The position numbers and the translations under genes were made by a program. Below are positions 25,964 to 41,078 of a stretch of 64,000 nucleotides of DNA, piece after piece. Source of the stretch: Octopus vulgaris (Eukaryota); the NCBI GenBank assembly GCA_951406725.2, contig OX597824.1:74896001-74960000 (forward strand), in the 5' to 3' direction. The notes beneath the pieces are model-generated. The model made no database searches. It saw only the letters and a program-made list of their open reading frames with translations, and was not told where the DNA came from. Position 1 is the stretch's first letter. Every line of letters begins with the position of its first letter.

Positions 25964-26715
25964 TAAAAGACACTTGCCGAAGGTGCCACACAGTGTGACT
26001 GAACCCACAACCCATGTGGTAGGGAACTCAACGATTTTTAAGTTTCTTCGAGCTTAGCTTAGGAATAGTAAACAATTTAAGCAGTCTTTAGCAGATATTT
26101 TGTAAGTCTTTATGATCGTTCTCGTAGGAGATAAAACCAAAATGACGAATGACAAAAAAAAAAAAGAAAAGAAAAAAGAAAGGAAGAAAGAAAAAGAAAA
26201 GCAAATAAACAAACGAGTCGAATTCTTATTTCCTGCGTCGGTTGGGAACCTTTGCAATCGATTCTATAAACCATTTTTGACCTTTTAATTAAATTCTGTC
26301 TGTCCACGATAAATCTTCATTGAAGACGTAATCACATTCCTTACTTGTATTGACTCTGTTTAAAATGTCAGACCGAATTAACTGATAATTGTCACTTCTG
26401 TTATTGATGCTGTTACTACGACTACAGCTACTGCAGTTGATATCGTTGCTGCTGCTGCTGCCGTTGCTGCCGTTGCTGCTGTTGCCGACGTCTAGCAATT
26501 TATTATATTGCCTAGATAAATACAGTACAGTGGAAAACTTAGCAACTTCAATTGTCTTTCCTGTGGCAAATCACCATGGGAAGAGTGTTGGAGATTGAAA
26601 CCTCTTGCCGACATACATTTATTGCTTGTTTTTTAAGGTATAATCCCTGCTATGTCCTGAACGAAGCAACCTATGTAAACGGAGGCGTTCCATTTGTGAC
26701 CATACTGTTTTGTTT

Positions 26716-27135
26716 CTTATTTCTTTATTGCCCACAGAGGGCTAAACATAGAGGGAACAAACAAGGACAGACAAAGGGATTATGTCGATTACATCGACCC
26801 CAGTGCGTAACTGGTACTTAATTTATCGACCCCCGAAAAGATGAAAAGCAAAGTCGACCTCGGCGGAATTTGAACTCAGAACGTAGCGGCAGACGAAATA
26901 CTTATTTCTTTACTACCCACAAGGGGCTAAACACAGAGAGGACAAACAAGAACAGACAAACGGATTGAGTCGATTATATCGACCCCAATGCGTAACTGGT
27001 ACTTATTTAATCGACCCCGAAATGATGAAAGGCAAAGTCGACCTCGGCGGAATTTGAACTCAGAACGTAACGGCAGACGAAATACCGCTAGGCATTTCGC
27101 CCAGGGTGTTAACGTTTCTGCCAGCTCGCTGGCTT
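26716..27135 (-). mobile_element. SINE family B, two body units
   Basis: TSD catactgttttgttt. Confidence 0.92.
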
Positions 27136-27185
27136 CATACTGTTTTGTTTGTCACACATAGTTTATCTTGGTCTACAATACTCAC

Positions 27186-27310
27186 GTGGAGGCGCAATGG
27201 CCCAGTGGTTAAGGGCAGCGGACTCGCGGTCGTAGGATCGCGGTTTCGATTCCCAGACCGGGCGTTGTGAGTGTTTATTGAGCGAAAACACCTAAAAGCT
27301 CCACGGGGCT
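27186..27310 (+). mobile_element. SINE family C head (tRNA-Arg-like)
   Basis: gtggaggcgcaatggcccagtggtta...gactcgcggtc...gtttcgattcc. Confidence 0.88.
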
Positions 27311-27751
27311 TATGTTACATATACATTATATCATACCTTGATACTGTGTGGACTAAGATCCCCGTTGACTGGCCGCTGGTATTTATAGAATGGTAAACAC
27401 TTTTGGTATGCAAATTAGGGAGTCCTCTATAGAGTAACTGCTGCATTTGTTGAGTATATAATCAGTTTGGCTGTTTGCTTCTCTGGAGGCTGTCAGAATG
27501 ATGTAGACGCCTCTGATGATCAAGATTGTTCATCATGTTTTTTTTCCCAGTCAGCGGATGATTAAGGTTGTTCATTTGGGGAGAAATTACGTTTGTGTCT
27601 ATATAGCGAACGGTACCTTCTTTATAAGATATAATATTTATAGTTAATGGTGAATAAATTAGAATAGTAGATTTGTATATTATTTCATCATTTTTTTTTC
27701 AGTCTGCGGAGAAATGGCTAAAATTTGACCTTTTTATGATTATAGCATCTT

Positions 27752-27834
<83 letters not shown>

Positions 27835-28635
27835 TCTGTGTGTGTGTGTCTGTGTGTGTGTATGTTGGTGTAGATGGGCATGTGTGATGTGAAAGTTGAC
27901 GCATCTCATGGTCAAGATCTTCATATTTTTGGCGTGAGATAAATACCGTATTGCTGTTGTTATTGTTGTTATTGTTGATGGTGGTGGTGGTGCTGTTTGG
28001 CACCATATCACCTCTAATTAAATAAACGTTTGACAATGAAATGCTCCCGAATTGTGGCCATCCCTTAATTTTCTAAATTAACTAAAATAATATCTTCCAA
28101 AATGTTCTTACCTTTTTTTTTTTGTGAAGAGTAGGATATGATTTGAGACAAAATGACTTCGACTTCCAACAGGTTCAGCATACTCAGAAAAAAGATCCTG
28201 TTTATTGGCTCACCATGATCAATTATATGGGTTCGGTATTGATTAAGTAATTGTGAGTATCTCATAATTTTCAATGATATGTGTATCTAAGGCAATACTA
28301 TCCAATATGTTCTTCCGTTTTGTTTTGAAATAATTTGGTTTCTATTTCTAATAATCTGAGATTACCCCGACAACTACTGCCGTTTATTTATTGAACCAGG
28401 CTAAGTACAGGCGTGGCAATCCCAGTTTTTTCAGGATATATGTATCTATGTCAATGCTATCCTATGTGTTCTTCCTTTTTTGAAAGATAGTGAGATATGA
28501 TTCGAGGTGATTAGGCTTCAGTTCCTAACACACCGAGTGTACCTAGAAAAAAGCTCTCGTTTAGAAGCTCACGCAGGCCAAGAATTTGTACTGATTAAGG
28601 AATTGTGGCCTTCCCATAATTTTCTAGGCTATGTA

Positions 28636-29038
28636 TACTCTTTACTCTTTTATATGTTTCAGTCATTTGACTGTGGCCATGCTGGATCACCACCTTTAGT
28701 CGAGCAAATCGACCCCAGGACTTATTCTTTGTAAGCCTAGTACTTATTTTATCGGTCACTTTGCCGAACCGTTAAGTTACGGGGACGTAAATACACCAGC
28801 ATCGGTTGTCAAGCGATGTTGGGGCGACAAACACAAACACACACATACACATATATATACACATACATATATACGACGGGCTTCTTTCAGTTTCCGTCTA
28901 TCAAATCCACTCACAAGGCTTTGGTCGGCCCGGGGCTATAGTAGAAGACACTTGCCCAAGGTACCACGCAGTGGGACTGAACCCGGAACCATGTGGTTGG
29001 CAAGCAAGCTACTTACCACACAGCCACTCCTACGCCTA
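28636..29038 (-). mobile_element. SINE family A
   Basis: Colinear with the other copies. Confidence 0.95.
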
Positions 29039-29247
29039 TGTCTAGGACAATGATATCAAATGCATTTTTATTGCTTTTGTAGTCACTAAGACACGATTTG
29101 AGGTAATTTGGTTTCTATTCTTTGCAGTCCGAGCGTACCAAGAAAAAAACTGCCGTTTATTGGCTTGCAAGGTCAACTGTTCGGTAATGATTAAGAATTT
29201 ATCATCAACAAATAATTTTCAATGATATACTCGTCTAGGACAATGCT

Positions 29248-29678
29248 GGGATCTTTTCGGTTTGAACGGCAGTTTTTTCTAGCGGTGTCATATGAAATTG
29301 TCACCCATAGTTATGACCCTAGTATCGATCAATTGCATTTCAATCTGTTTTAGAGTTAAGGTTAATTAGGGTTAGGGTTAGGGTGGAGGGAAGGGTATCT
29401 TTTTTTCTTCAGAAATGTAAATAAACCCAATCTGTTTCTTAAACGAGGGACATATTCATACGGCACAGAATGATTTTACCTCAATAGACATAATTGATTG
29501 GTTGAAATTGCAGAAATTGAAGAAAAAAAACCAAATATCTTACAAACTATAGAATTTTCTCAATAAAGCCAAGAGAAAAAGATGTTTTATAAACACATTC
29601 TACCAGTATACGAAGTTTAACATTTTTTAGTTACCTAGAAATTATGTTAAAAACTGCCGTTCAAACCGAAAAGATCCC
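29248..29678. mobile_element. Unclassified MITE with 30 bp TIRs and internal (TTAGGG)3
   Basis: gggatcttttcggtttgaacggcagttttt and its exact inverse; flanks aatgct / aattct. Confidence 0.9.
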
Positions 29679-30369
29679 AATTCTGTTCAATATGTTCTTC
29701 CTATTCTTGTAGCGAATAAGACATTATTTGAGGCAATTTAGCTTCTGTTTCTAGCTCAGTGAGCGTACTTAGGAAGAGGCTTCCGTTTATTTGACTCGCC
29801 AGGTCAAGTACCTGAGTTTCGACACTGATTAAGTAAAGATGTGGCACTGCCTTAATATAGAAGAAACATTAAAGAATGAAATTAAATAATTTTACTACTT
29901 CTAATACAAAAGGCAAACAAACAGACAAACAAATGGAATTCTGAGTTCTTTGTAAGCAATTAAATTTCCGAAAATAAAAACCAAAAAACAAAAGAAGAGG
30001 AGCACAAACAAAAAAATATTTAAAAATCAATATTTGGAAGAAAAATGAACGCCATTAACTGAATTCAAATAATAATGATGAAATTAAGACGTGATAGAAA
30101 AGATTCTGCGTTGTGAATGTTATTTTGATAGAATATTGATTTCTTGTAGCTACATCTTGGATGGATTTAATGTCATTAAAAGAAAGAATTTATAACATTT
30201 GACATCAAAGGAAGATGCGTTCCAAACAGAAAATACTGCAAAAATTACTACAAAGGACTATACAAACCGAATGAAAACACTTCAAAGGCACTACAAAGGA
30301 GGAGGTATATCTGTCTGTCTTCCTGCCTGCCTGCCTGTCTATTTATCTGTCTATTCATCATTCATCATT

Positions 30370-31545
<1,176 letters not shown>

Positions 31546-32454
31546 AAACTACACCAAAACTCTAATAGGAGAAAGAATATATATCACAAGTCGATATACC
31601 TCGAAATATTATAAAGAAAAGGAAGATACGTCTTAAGTCGAAATACGACAAAATATCGGAAGGGAAAATAGCTTTAGAATACAGAAACATTCTTTTCTCA
31701 CATCGACATTTGTATTGTGAATAGTCCTGACAATATTCCAAGTAAGAACTGTTGCAGCAGAAATTGAAAGCTTAACTAATTGAATATTATTGTAATTTTT
31801 CGGGTTATTAATCTCATCGTTAGAGCTGATATATTTTAAAATATTAATATCTACGCATTTACGTTTCGATCGGTTTATCTTCCACTCGTTATTGTGTATC
31901 ATCAGATAACGATCGGAGATTAAACCGAGCGAAACATTGAGTTGATGTAAATATTGAAAAGTGTTTCCTTTCTAAAGTTAGCAGTTAATAATCTGTAAAG
32001 TTATAATTGTTTTAAGAATAGCTCATCTGAGACATTTAGAAACCGAATAGCAATTGGTTTAATAAATTACCATATGCCACGGAGAATAGCAAGAACCAGA
32101 ACAAAGACATATATTTATTCCCAATACGTTCTGGCAAATTCGAATGTGTGAATATACTAATTGCTATTACATTTCCTCTTCGGAGAACACAGTCTTCCTT
32201 CAGACGGCGTGTGCTCATAACATACTTGTTTTATTGATATAAGGAGACTTTGAGACACCGCATTGTTTCGATTTGATTATGTCACATCAGTCAAAGTTAC
32301 ACCGGGGTCAATGAATCTAAAGACGAATGAAAACTCTTTTAGATTCCATCAAATAAGTAATTTGTTGATGCATGTTGATGTCTGCTGAACAAATAATAAA
32401 TTACCGTGTGTACTGCATGCAGAACAGCGAGAATCAAAACAAATTCATTCTTAA

Positions 32455-32971
32455 CTAGCAGTATCGCCTGGCGTTGCTCGGGTTTGTAAGGGAAATAACT
32501 ATATAAGCATTTTTAGAGAGTTACTTCCCTTATAGATGCCAATTCGGGCTTTCTTAGCCATTTCTGTTTTGGTGTCTTCAAGCCATGAAGTCGTTGTTCT
32601 ATAAGAACGCTGGTCTCCTTGACAACGCATTACGACGTTGATTTCCTTAAACTCCCTTCCCCACAGCTTCACGAGGGAGGGAAGAAGGGGGAAAAGCAAA
32701 CACAGGTGCAGCTGTTTGAGCGTGGACGCCAACTCCGCCGCCATCGACACACGAAAAATTATGCATTAAAATGGAATAAAAAATGATGTTAAATTATTTT
32801 TAAAATTGTAGACTCATCGTAGACGCGCGCTAATAGCCAGACGGGCTCGATATTAATCACGACTATAAGATACCCGAATTTGGTTAAACTGCACCGCAAA
32901 ATGTGGGAGGAGTTAGGAATTTAAATCGTAGGAGACAGACACTCACACAACTACAGTTTTATATATATAGA
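32455..32971 (-). mobile_element. Non-autonomous Helitron
   Basis: Minus strand: A|TCtatatatataaaa ... GC-rich hairpin-like cccgagcaacgccaggcg ... CTAG|T. Confidence 0.85.
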
Positions 32972-32984
32972 TATTTTCCGAGAG

Positions 32985-33205
32985 AAAGACGGTCAGTTGG
33001 CGGAATCTTTAGCATGCCGGGCAAAATTCTTAGTGGTATTTCGTCCGTTTTTACGTTCTGGGTTCAAATGCCACCGAGGTTGACTTTGCCTTTCACCCTT
33101 TCGGGATTGATGAAAAAAGCGTACCAGTTGGGCTCTGTACCAGACAATTTAATTGATTAGCCTCTCCCCTAAAACTGCTGGCCTTGTGCCTAAATTTGAA
33201 ACTAG
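32985..33205 (+). mobile_element. Old SINE family B copy
   Basis: Diverged head and tttcaccctttcggg core. Confidence 0.75.
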
Positions 33206-34064
33206 TATTTTCGAAGAGGTTTTGATTAAACGTTTACGCCTTCCACTTTTAGGTAGGATAACATTTAACTACTACACTGGACGTGATACCTTGTAGATAG
33301 GTAATACTGTGGGGAGTCTCTAACATGATTACTTATTCACCTTTACTTAGTGAAACAGTTGACGTCTCGCTTGAGACAAATTACAACCGACGATTCGGCG
33401 TCAAAATTGTCGATAATAATACTTTTGCTATTCCACAAAACATTGAGCTTTCACTCTTTAAGATGCAGTCGTACCCAGTACGCTATACACACACGCACGC
33501 ATACACACACACACACACGCTGATGCACACGCACACATACGTATAGGTTAAATGCCAATGCACGAAACTCTGAGCCATGCAGTCACTTTGTAACTTCTGC
33601 CGTTTAAATAAAATATATATAGTTGAATTTGTAGAAAAACAAAAGACGATGACAGATGGCACGCTCTCCATACACGGCACAAATGTCGCGAGCTGCTTTT
33701 GCGGCCTTAGAACCTTGATTAAAAGCAAAAAGAAGGAGGAATTGAAAATGCACGTTTTTCATAACTTGACATTTCATTTTAATGATCTGAAAATAAACAA
33801 CGATTAACTAAAATTAACTAGAAAAAAATAAACAAAAATAAAATAGATTTCAAAATTTAAAAACGCAATAAATTCTAAAATTAAAAAAAACTTAGTTGCC
33901 AACCGCTGCCCTAACCACTGGGCCATTGCGCCTCCACGCCAACCGTATATATACATAAATATATGAAACATTAGACTCCCTCTTATAAGGAGCAGTAAGC
34001 CCACTGGGAATGGCGGGCTGTTGGGCTTTGTCAAGGCATCCCTCTGGGAAAAAGCTAATTCGTA

Positions 34065-34442
34065 GGAAGCACTCCGTCGGTTACGACGATGAGGGTTCCG
34101 GTTGATCCGAATCAACGGAACAGCCTGCTCGTGAAATTAACGTGGCTGATCACTCCACAGACACGTGTACCCTTAACATAGTTCTCGGGGATATTCAGCG
34201 TGACACAGAAAGTGACAAGGCCGGCCCTTTGAAATACAGGTACAACAGAAACAGGAAGTAAGAGTGAGAGGAAGTTGTGGTGAAAGAGTAAAGCAGGGAT
34301 CACCACCATCCCCTGCCGGAGCCTCGTGAAGCTTTAGGTGTTTTCGCTCAATAAACACACACAACGCCCAGTCTGGGAATCGAAACCGTGATCCTATGAC
34401 CGCGAGTCCGCTGCCCTAACCACTGGGCCATTGCGCCTCCAC
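34065..34442 (-). mobile_element. SINE family C, tail type 1
   Basis: Reverse complement of 41401-41787. Confidence 0.93.
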
Positions 34443-34758
34443 GCCAACCGTATATATACATAAATATATGAAACATTAGACTCCCTCTTATAAGGAGCAG
34501 TAAGCCCACTGGGAATGACGGGCTGTTGGGCTTTGTCAAGGCATCCCTCTGGGAAAAAGCTAATTCGTATATAAAACCCGCTGCTGTACTGAGCCAAATA
34601 TTTTGCACTTCGCTTGTCTCTGTGCTTCTTGGTATTGTTAGTGAGAGTCGTCATGGTATTGTGCAAGTTGCACTCGACTTGACGACATTGTGCACACCTG
34701 TCAGAGATGGTCATGCTCGTCTAACGTGTAGACAGCCGTCACATATGAATGAATGTGA

Positions 34759-34799
<41 letters not shown>

Positions 34800-35045
34800 A
34801 GTAATTGAATGAATTATCTTATTAAGGATAATTCTAAAGATAGCCGATACCTGGGTAGCAAATACACATCAGAAAGAACACGGTTGAAGCTACGTCCCTA
34901 GGGCATAGACTACGTGTCTTCGTGCGGAAATTTGTATGTTTATTTTAAAATTATAAGTATATGAAAGAATGGAGTTGAACGACTAGTTAACAAATATCCT
35001 TTATTCTCGACATATGTTTCATATACTTATATATATATATATATC

Positions 35046-35333
35046 ATTAATATTGAAAGAAGAAAATAGAGAAAGATGGATGTCTGAATAATTTATTCGT
35101 ATGATATAAAGATGTTGAATTTTTTTTAAAAATTACAATACAAATGAATTATGTTGTAAAGCTCAAAAAGGAATGGGAGATGCGACTCCCATTCCTTTTT
35201 GAGCTTTACATCTTATAATTTATTTGTATTGTTATTTAAAAAAAATTTTAATGTCTTTATATCATACAAATAAATTATTCATACATTCATCTTTCTCCAT
35301 TTTCTTTCTTTCTTTCTTTCTTTCAATATTAAT
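35046..35333. repeat. ~290 bp fold-back inverted repeat
   Basis: Perfect 25 bp apical stem 35155-35179 / 35186-35210 with a 6 nt loop; outer arms diverged; (TA)n at left. Confidence 0.9.
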
Positions 35334-35850
35334 AATATTTATTACTACAATAATCCATAATGTTTTGCAGTGACTTTCTCATTATATCATAGTGATTAAC
35401 GGGTGGAATTTTCTGGATAATATAATCCCTAATGTAGATCTAACATCCTCGAATTGACTATACATGCATACATACATACATAACATACATACATACATAC
35501 ATACATACATACATACGTACATACATACATACATACATACATGCATACATACATACATATTTACATACATACATATATACATACATACATACATATATAC
35601 ATACATACATACACACATACATACATGTGTGTGTGTGTGTGTACTGTTCCGTGATGGTAAGATCAACAAAAAACGTACCCCATCTGGTGAGAGGTAAATA
35701 TTATTTAGTAAATACAAAATATGTTTTTATTTGCTACTATTAGTTTCATGTGCTGCGAGCATGCCAGACAGTATTCCTAATACGTCTGGTATCCTACTAC
35801 AGTCATCAGGCACACACACACACACACGCACACACACACACGCACACGCG

Positions 35851-35910
<60 letters not shown>

Positions 35911-37202
35911 AACACACACACACACAGACACACACACAGACACACACACAGACACACACACACATGTATGTATGTTTGTATGTATGCATACCGTATTTGA
36001 TGGCATATAAAACACAGCTCTTATCTCCGAAATGTCTCAAAAGATAAACCCATGATCTATTTGTGAAGTCGGGTCTTCTGCGCTAGCTTCAGTGAATTAA
36101 AAACACCTTTTCTCTGAAATCTGCCTTGCTGAAATTGAAGTACACCTTATATGACCATACGCCTTATATGTCCATACGGCATATCTTATTTTATTCAAAG
36201 AAAAACAAAAGAAGAAAAAGAAGAAAAAGAAGCTTCATGATTATACGTGTTGCCTTCTTTCAGCTATCAAATTCCGCTTGAGCAACATATGTCAAACGTC
36301 AAGTAATTACAGCTGTTGTAATGCTTCAAATGTCACGTTTTCATTATTACTTTGTATTGAAGAATGTCTTTTGTTGTCGCTGTTGTGTTTCTAGAATTCC
36401 ACAAACGTTCTTATCGGCGTGTCCATGACTTTTATTGGCCAGTAGGTTTTAGTGGTTATATTCATTGTTATTTATTTATTTCTATCTGGAGATACCAATA
36501 GATTCATTCATTACCCGTAATATCTGTTGACCAAGAAGAGTTTAAGGTTACATAGACACAAACTAGACCGACGACCGGTAAACATTCCGATCGTGTAAAC
36601 CAGCAAATGACAAAAATCTACGGAATAAAATACATACGTACGTACGTACATGCATACATTCATACATGCATGCATACATACATACATACATTCATGCATA
36701 CATACATACATACATACATGCATACATACATACATACATACATACATACATACATACATACATACATACATACATACGTACGTACATGCAGGCACGCATA
36801 CAGACAGGCATACATATATACCCTGATATACATGTTTATATAAGGGCGGCCGTTCATACATACATATACACATTCGTACTCACGTACGTATAAAGATGGA
36901 TACAAACCTGTGCGTTTGTATCTATACGAACATACATACATTCACGTGCCTTTCTGTGTGTATGTGTGTGTGTGTGTGTGCGCGCGCGCGCGCGCGTGTG
37001 TATGTGTATGTGTGTGTGCACGCTCACAAAGGTGCAGACATACCCGTGTGTTTAAAATGTTATTTTCAAAATGATGAGGATCCGGTTTCGATCCCCTGTG
37101 TGTCGTCTTGAACACACCAGACGCCAACCCAAGCATTGTGTGTAAAGCTGTGACGACTAAAACAGAGTGGATGCTCTATACTAGTAATAAAAAGGCTGAG
37201 TC

Positions 37203-37360
37203 TTGTTACGTTGTGTCATGTTGTATCACGCTGTGTCACATCGTGTCACGTCGTGTCACTTCATGTCACTTTGTATCACGTTGAGTCACGTTGTGTCACG
37301 TCGTGTCACGTCATATAATGTTGTGTCACGTCGTTCCACGTCATGTAACGTTGTGTCACG
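37203..37360 (+). repeat. 10 bp minisatellite (ttgtgtcacg)n, about 16 units
   Basis: Directly visible. Confidence 0.9.
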
Positions 37361-38356
37361 ATGTACCTGCCTGTGATTTGCGGTTTGGATAAACCATTCT
37401 ATGGAATACTCAACCACTTTTCAATTCCTATTTCAATTAGCTGGCGGTTCAGCTGATCGAACGACTGAATAGTCATCGTTCAAATCGAAGGAGATCCATT
37501 TCTCGTAACTGTTTTTATTTTACTTGTGATAGTGACAGTGTGATGGTAGCAGTGGTGATGATGATGATGGTGGTGGTGGTGGTGGTGGTGGTGATCGTGG
37601 GGAGTGTGTGTCGAAGCGTAATATCGAGAATCGAGAAGGATGACTTGTGTATTAGAGATCTTAGAAAAAAGTCTCAGAAGGTGTGTTCAAATCTGATTGA
37701 TTAACAATCAGAATAGTCAAGTCTCCTCAAATCAACTGTGTAATCTTAGTATGACATGTAACCGGTGTATTTTTAAAAGATGTTCCTTGTTAATAATTAA
37801 TTTTTTTCAGCTAAAGAGCCGTTGAGATTGTGATACTGCAATGTTTTATAAATAGTATTTATTTCAATGCTATAAAATATTTTAAAAATGGCATACAAAA
37901 CAAGTAAGTTGCAGAAATCTAAGTAGGCTAATGATAAAAAAATATATATCAGGATGGAACGCAAAAAGCCCCTCCTAAATTCACCAATCGTGGCAAAAAT
38001 TTCAAAAGCAAAACAAACGCATGATAAACACCAGTCCAAATCATGATAGCAACTGATAAAAAAAAACCCAGAAAAAACAAAAAGAATTGATTCATGAAAA
38101 TCCACAGCAATTTTCCGTTAATGGGAACGTTCATAACATCGATTTGACTTCTGTTTTCCTCCATTAAATTAATTTTATTCATTCTATTAGACTTATAACA
38201 TGCCTACAGGATCATAGCTTGGATTTGCAAAGTGGTCTTTTTTTTTTTTTTTTTTTGAAGGACAGCTGATCTCCCTCTGGTTATTAGAATACTACGCTAG
38301 CCAGATTTCTACATAAAAAGCTGACGAAGTGATCGCGCGGATAATACTTATCTTCC

Positions 38357-38413
<57 letters not shown>

Positions 38414-38569
38414 ATCATTTAGTATAGAGCACACCAGGTACGCACACATGCGCATACATACATACATGCATTCATATATATAGAAAACTATTTATTTAGA
38501 TAACTATTTATTTAGTCCTTTCATCTCATTTTTGAGAGATTCATTTACAGAAGCTTCATGCCTCACACA

Positions 38570-38700
38570 CTAGCAATGCACTCCGGCGTTGCCAGGGTGT
38601 TATGCCCTACAGTCACATTGCATTATTTATCCTTTTCTTATGGGCAGAATCGGCACACGAAGAGTATGAAGCAAACAGCTCTTCTTTATAAACACGATTT
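38570..38700 (-). mobile_element. Short Helitron remnant
   Basis: 3' end ccctggcaacgccggag...gCTAG|T resembles the element at 32455. Confidence 0.55.
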
Positions 38701-40484
38701 TCGGCCATTTTCTTATGAACAACGTTGCAGTTTCCGTCTACCAAATTCAGCCACAAGTCTCAGGTTGGTCTAGGGCTATTGTAGAAAACACTTGCCCAAG
38801 GTACCATGCAGAAGGACTGAACGTGGAAGCATGTTTGAAGCAAACTTATGGATCACACAGTCATTTTTGCATTTAATGTGTGCGTGTGTGTGTGTGTGTG
38901 TTTACATTTGTTGTTAAATCGAGTTTTGTGTCCCACTACATCTCAAAGTTAGCAGTTCATCAAGCAGAGATCTATAAAATAAATGACGGATTGAAATACC
39001 TAATGCAGTCAGTATGATCAATTAAACTTTTGAAGGTGATACCCCTTCATGGTGACAGTCAAAAAACTAAACCCAGTGAAATAATGTTTAAAGACTTAAT
39101 GGCTTCAAATTTAAGGTAATGGATTACTAACAAGATAATGAGTTTAAAACTTCGTACTGAATTTCCACTCTATACGAAAACACTATATGTAAATCCCAGT
39201 GTACTTGACTTCAACAATTAATTGTAATTTGAAGTTGAATGGCTAGCAGTAAGAAAGATGTCCAGATTAAAAAAAAAAAATATTGTGCAAACTAATCTGA
39301 GAAAAAGTAATTTTTTCATCACCTCAAAACACACACACATGCACAGAGGAATCTCTGTGGAACTTGAGCTACTACAAATAGCAGCCAAATCTTTCTTAAA
39401 ACACAAGAGAAAGACACAGATTGACAGTATTTCAGGAAGAGAAAAAAAAACTATGCGATGGATTTGCTACATCAGAGGCAACTGTGTGCTAAATAAAACA
39501 CAAACATACTTCACATTTAAAGATGATCTACTAAATAATACTAATAAAGTTGACGGTATATCTTCGAAGTTTTATCTCCTGGTAAAACGCCATGTATTTT
39601 ACGACTATTCAGGCAGAGTTGCCTCCCTTAGCTAAAGACCACTAGACTGTGCGACCTGCGCTCGTTTTCGAGGTTACTTTTGTAGTAAAAAAGATGCGTT
39701 GTTCAAAAAACATACTTTATTTGGTAGCTGAAAGATTACTGAATCTTTTGATACGTCAAAATCGGCAACTTAGTTTTCGAATCCATAAAGAACATAGGCA
39801 CGCGCGCACACACAAACCCTGTTTTATTATATATGATATATATATATATACATACATACGTGCATACATCTACACGTATGTGTGTATGTCAGATTTAGAT
39901 GAAAATATCTAAAGTTGAACTGGGAAAAGAATATTGCTATTTCCAATCCTTATGTGTGTTACGTGTGTATATATGTGTATCTGTATACACATGTGTGTAT
40001 TTTCGTGTGTGTGCGGTGAATTTTTGGAGGCTTGGTTAGAGAGAAAAAATGAAGAAAGAAAGAAAGACAGGATGGAAGAAAGAAGGACAGGAAAGAAAGA
40101 AAAGGAAAGAAGGAAGGCAAGAAGGAAGTGGTCTATTTCTGATATGGTTGAAATTGCATTGTATTTTTGGTCAGTTGTCATATTACCCAGCTGTGGAATG
40201 GGGTTTGTTTCTGAGCTGGTTGAAGTTAATGACAGCTTAAGACGTCAATTTTCTTTTTTCATTGTACTTTTTATCAGCTGTCAGGTAAACCAGCTATAAA
40301 AAAATAGACTGCATCAAATCATTTTAGAAGTTTTTCCAAATGTGTGTGAGTGTTTAAGCATAAGTCTGTCTGTGAAAGTGTGCGAGTGTGCTATGTGTTG
40401 GTTTGGTTAAGTGAACTTTTGAGGTATTTTGATAACAGTATTGAAAATAACTCTCTCTCACACACAGTATATATATATATAGTA

Positions 40485-40689
40485 TGTGACCTCGTCTGTA
40501 TCACTAGCGATTTTTCCCCCCCTGTCTTCCCTTCTCGGGATCTTTCCTTCTCCTATGTTTCCGACGAAGAGCTCCGCTCGAAACGTCAAACCCTCCTTCT
40601 TCCCTTCTTTCCTGAGCGTCTAATAATACTTTATTTGTTCCACGTCCTTGCGTTGTTGTGTTTTTGTTTTTGTTTTCTTGTTTGTATTA

Positions 40690-40691
<2 letters not shown>
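40485..40691 (+). mobile_element. ~200 bp HHR-carrying mini-element, copy 2
   Basis: Same ends as copy 1, (TA)n on both sides; HHR 40557-40591: gttt CCGACGA a gagc tcc gctc GAAAC GTC aaac. Confidence 0.88.
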
Positions 40692-40751
<60 letters not shown>

Positions 40752-40859
40752 GTTTAAATAATGGTCATTACATATTTCTCTTTGTTAGAGTAAATTAGAC
40801 TTACAGCTGTTTCCAGACGTCGTTATAGCCTCGTTATTGATTGGTTTGCTCAATCGTCC

Positions 40860-40904
<45 letters not shown>

Positions 40905-41043
40905 GCACACACACACACGCACTCACACACATACACATATATATGCATGCATGTATCTATGTGTATCTATGTGTGTGTATGTGTGTGTATGTGTATGTAT
41001 GTATGTATGTATGTATGTATGTATGTATGTATGTATGTATGTA

Positions 41044-41078
<35 letters not shown>

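Larger units (their letters stand above)
28050..29855 (+). repeat. Old diverged tandem array, about five units of 170-210 bp
   Basis: Recurring taattttc, aatatgttcttcc, atttgaggtaatttgg, ccgtttatt and tgattaag motifs; interrupted by a SINE and a MITE. Confidence 0.7.

Noticed and set aside
27186-27260. tRNA genes at SINE heads
   Set aside because: No proper acceptor stem or terminator; they continue into SINE bodies.
29386-29403. Telomere or chromosome-fusion relic
   Set aside because: Only three units, located inside a MITE.
34478-34570. Possible HDV-like ribozyme (gctaat motif in RTE 5'-like sequence)
   Set aside because: I could not build P1, P3 and P1.1.
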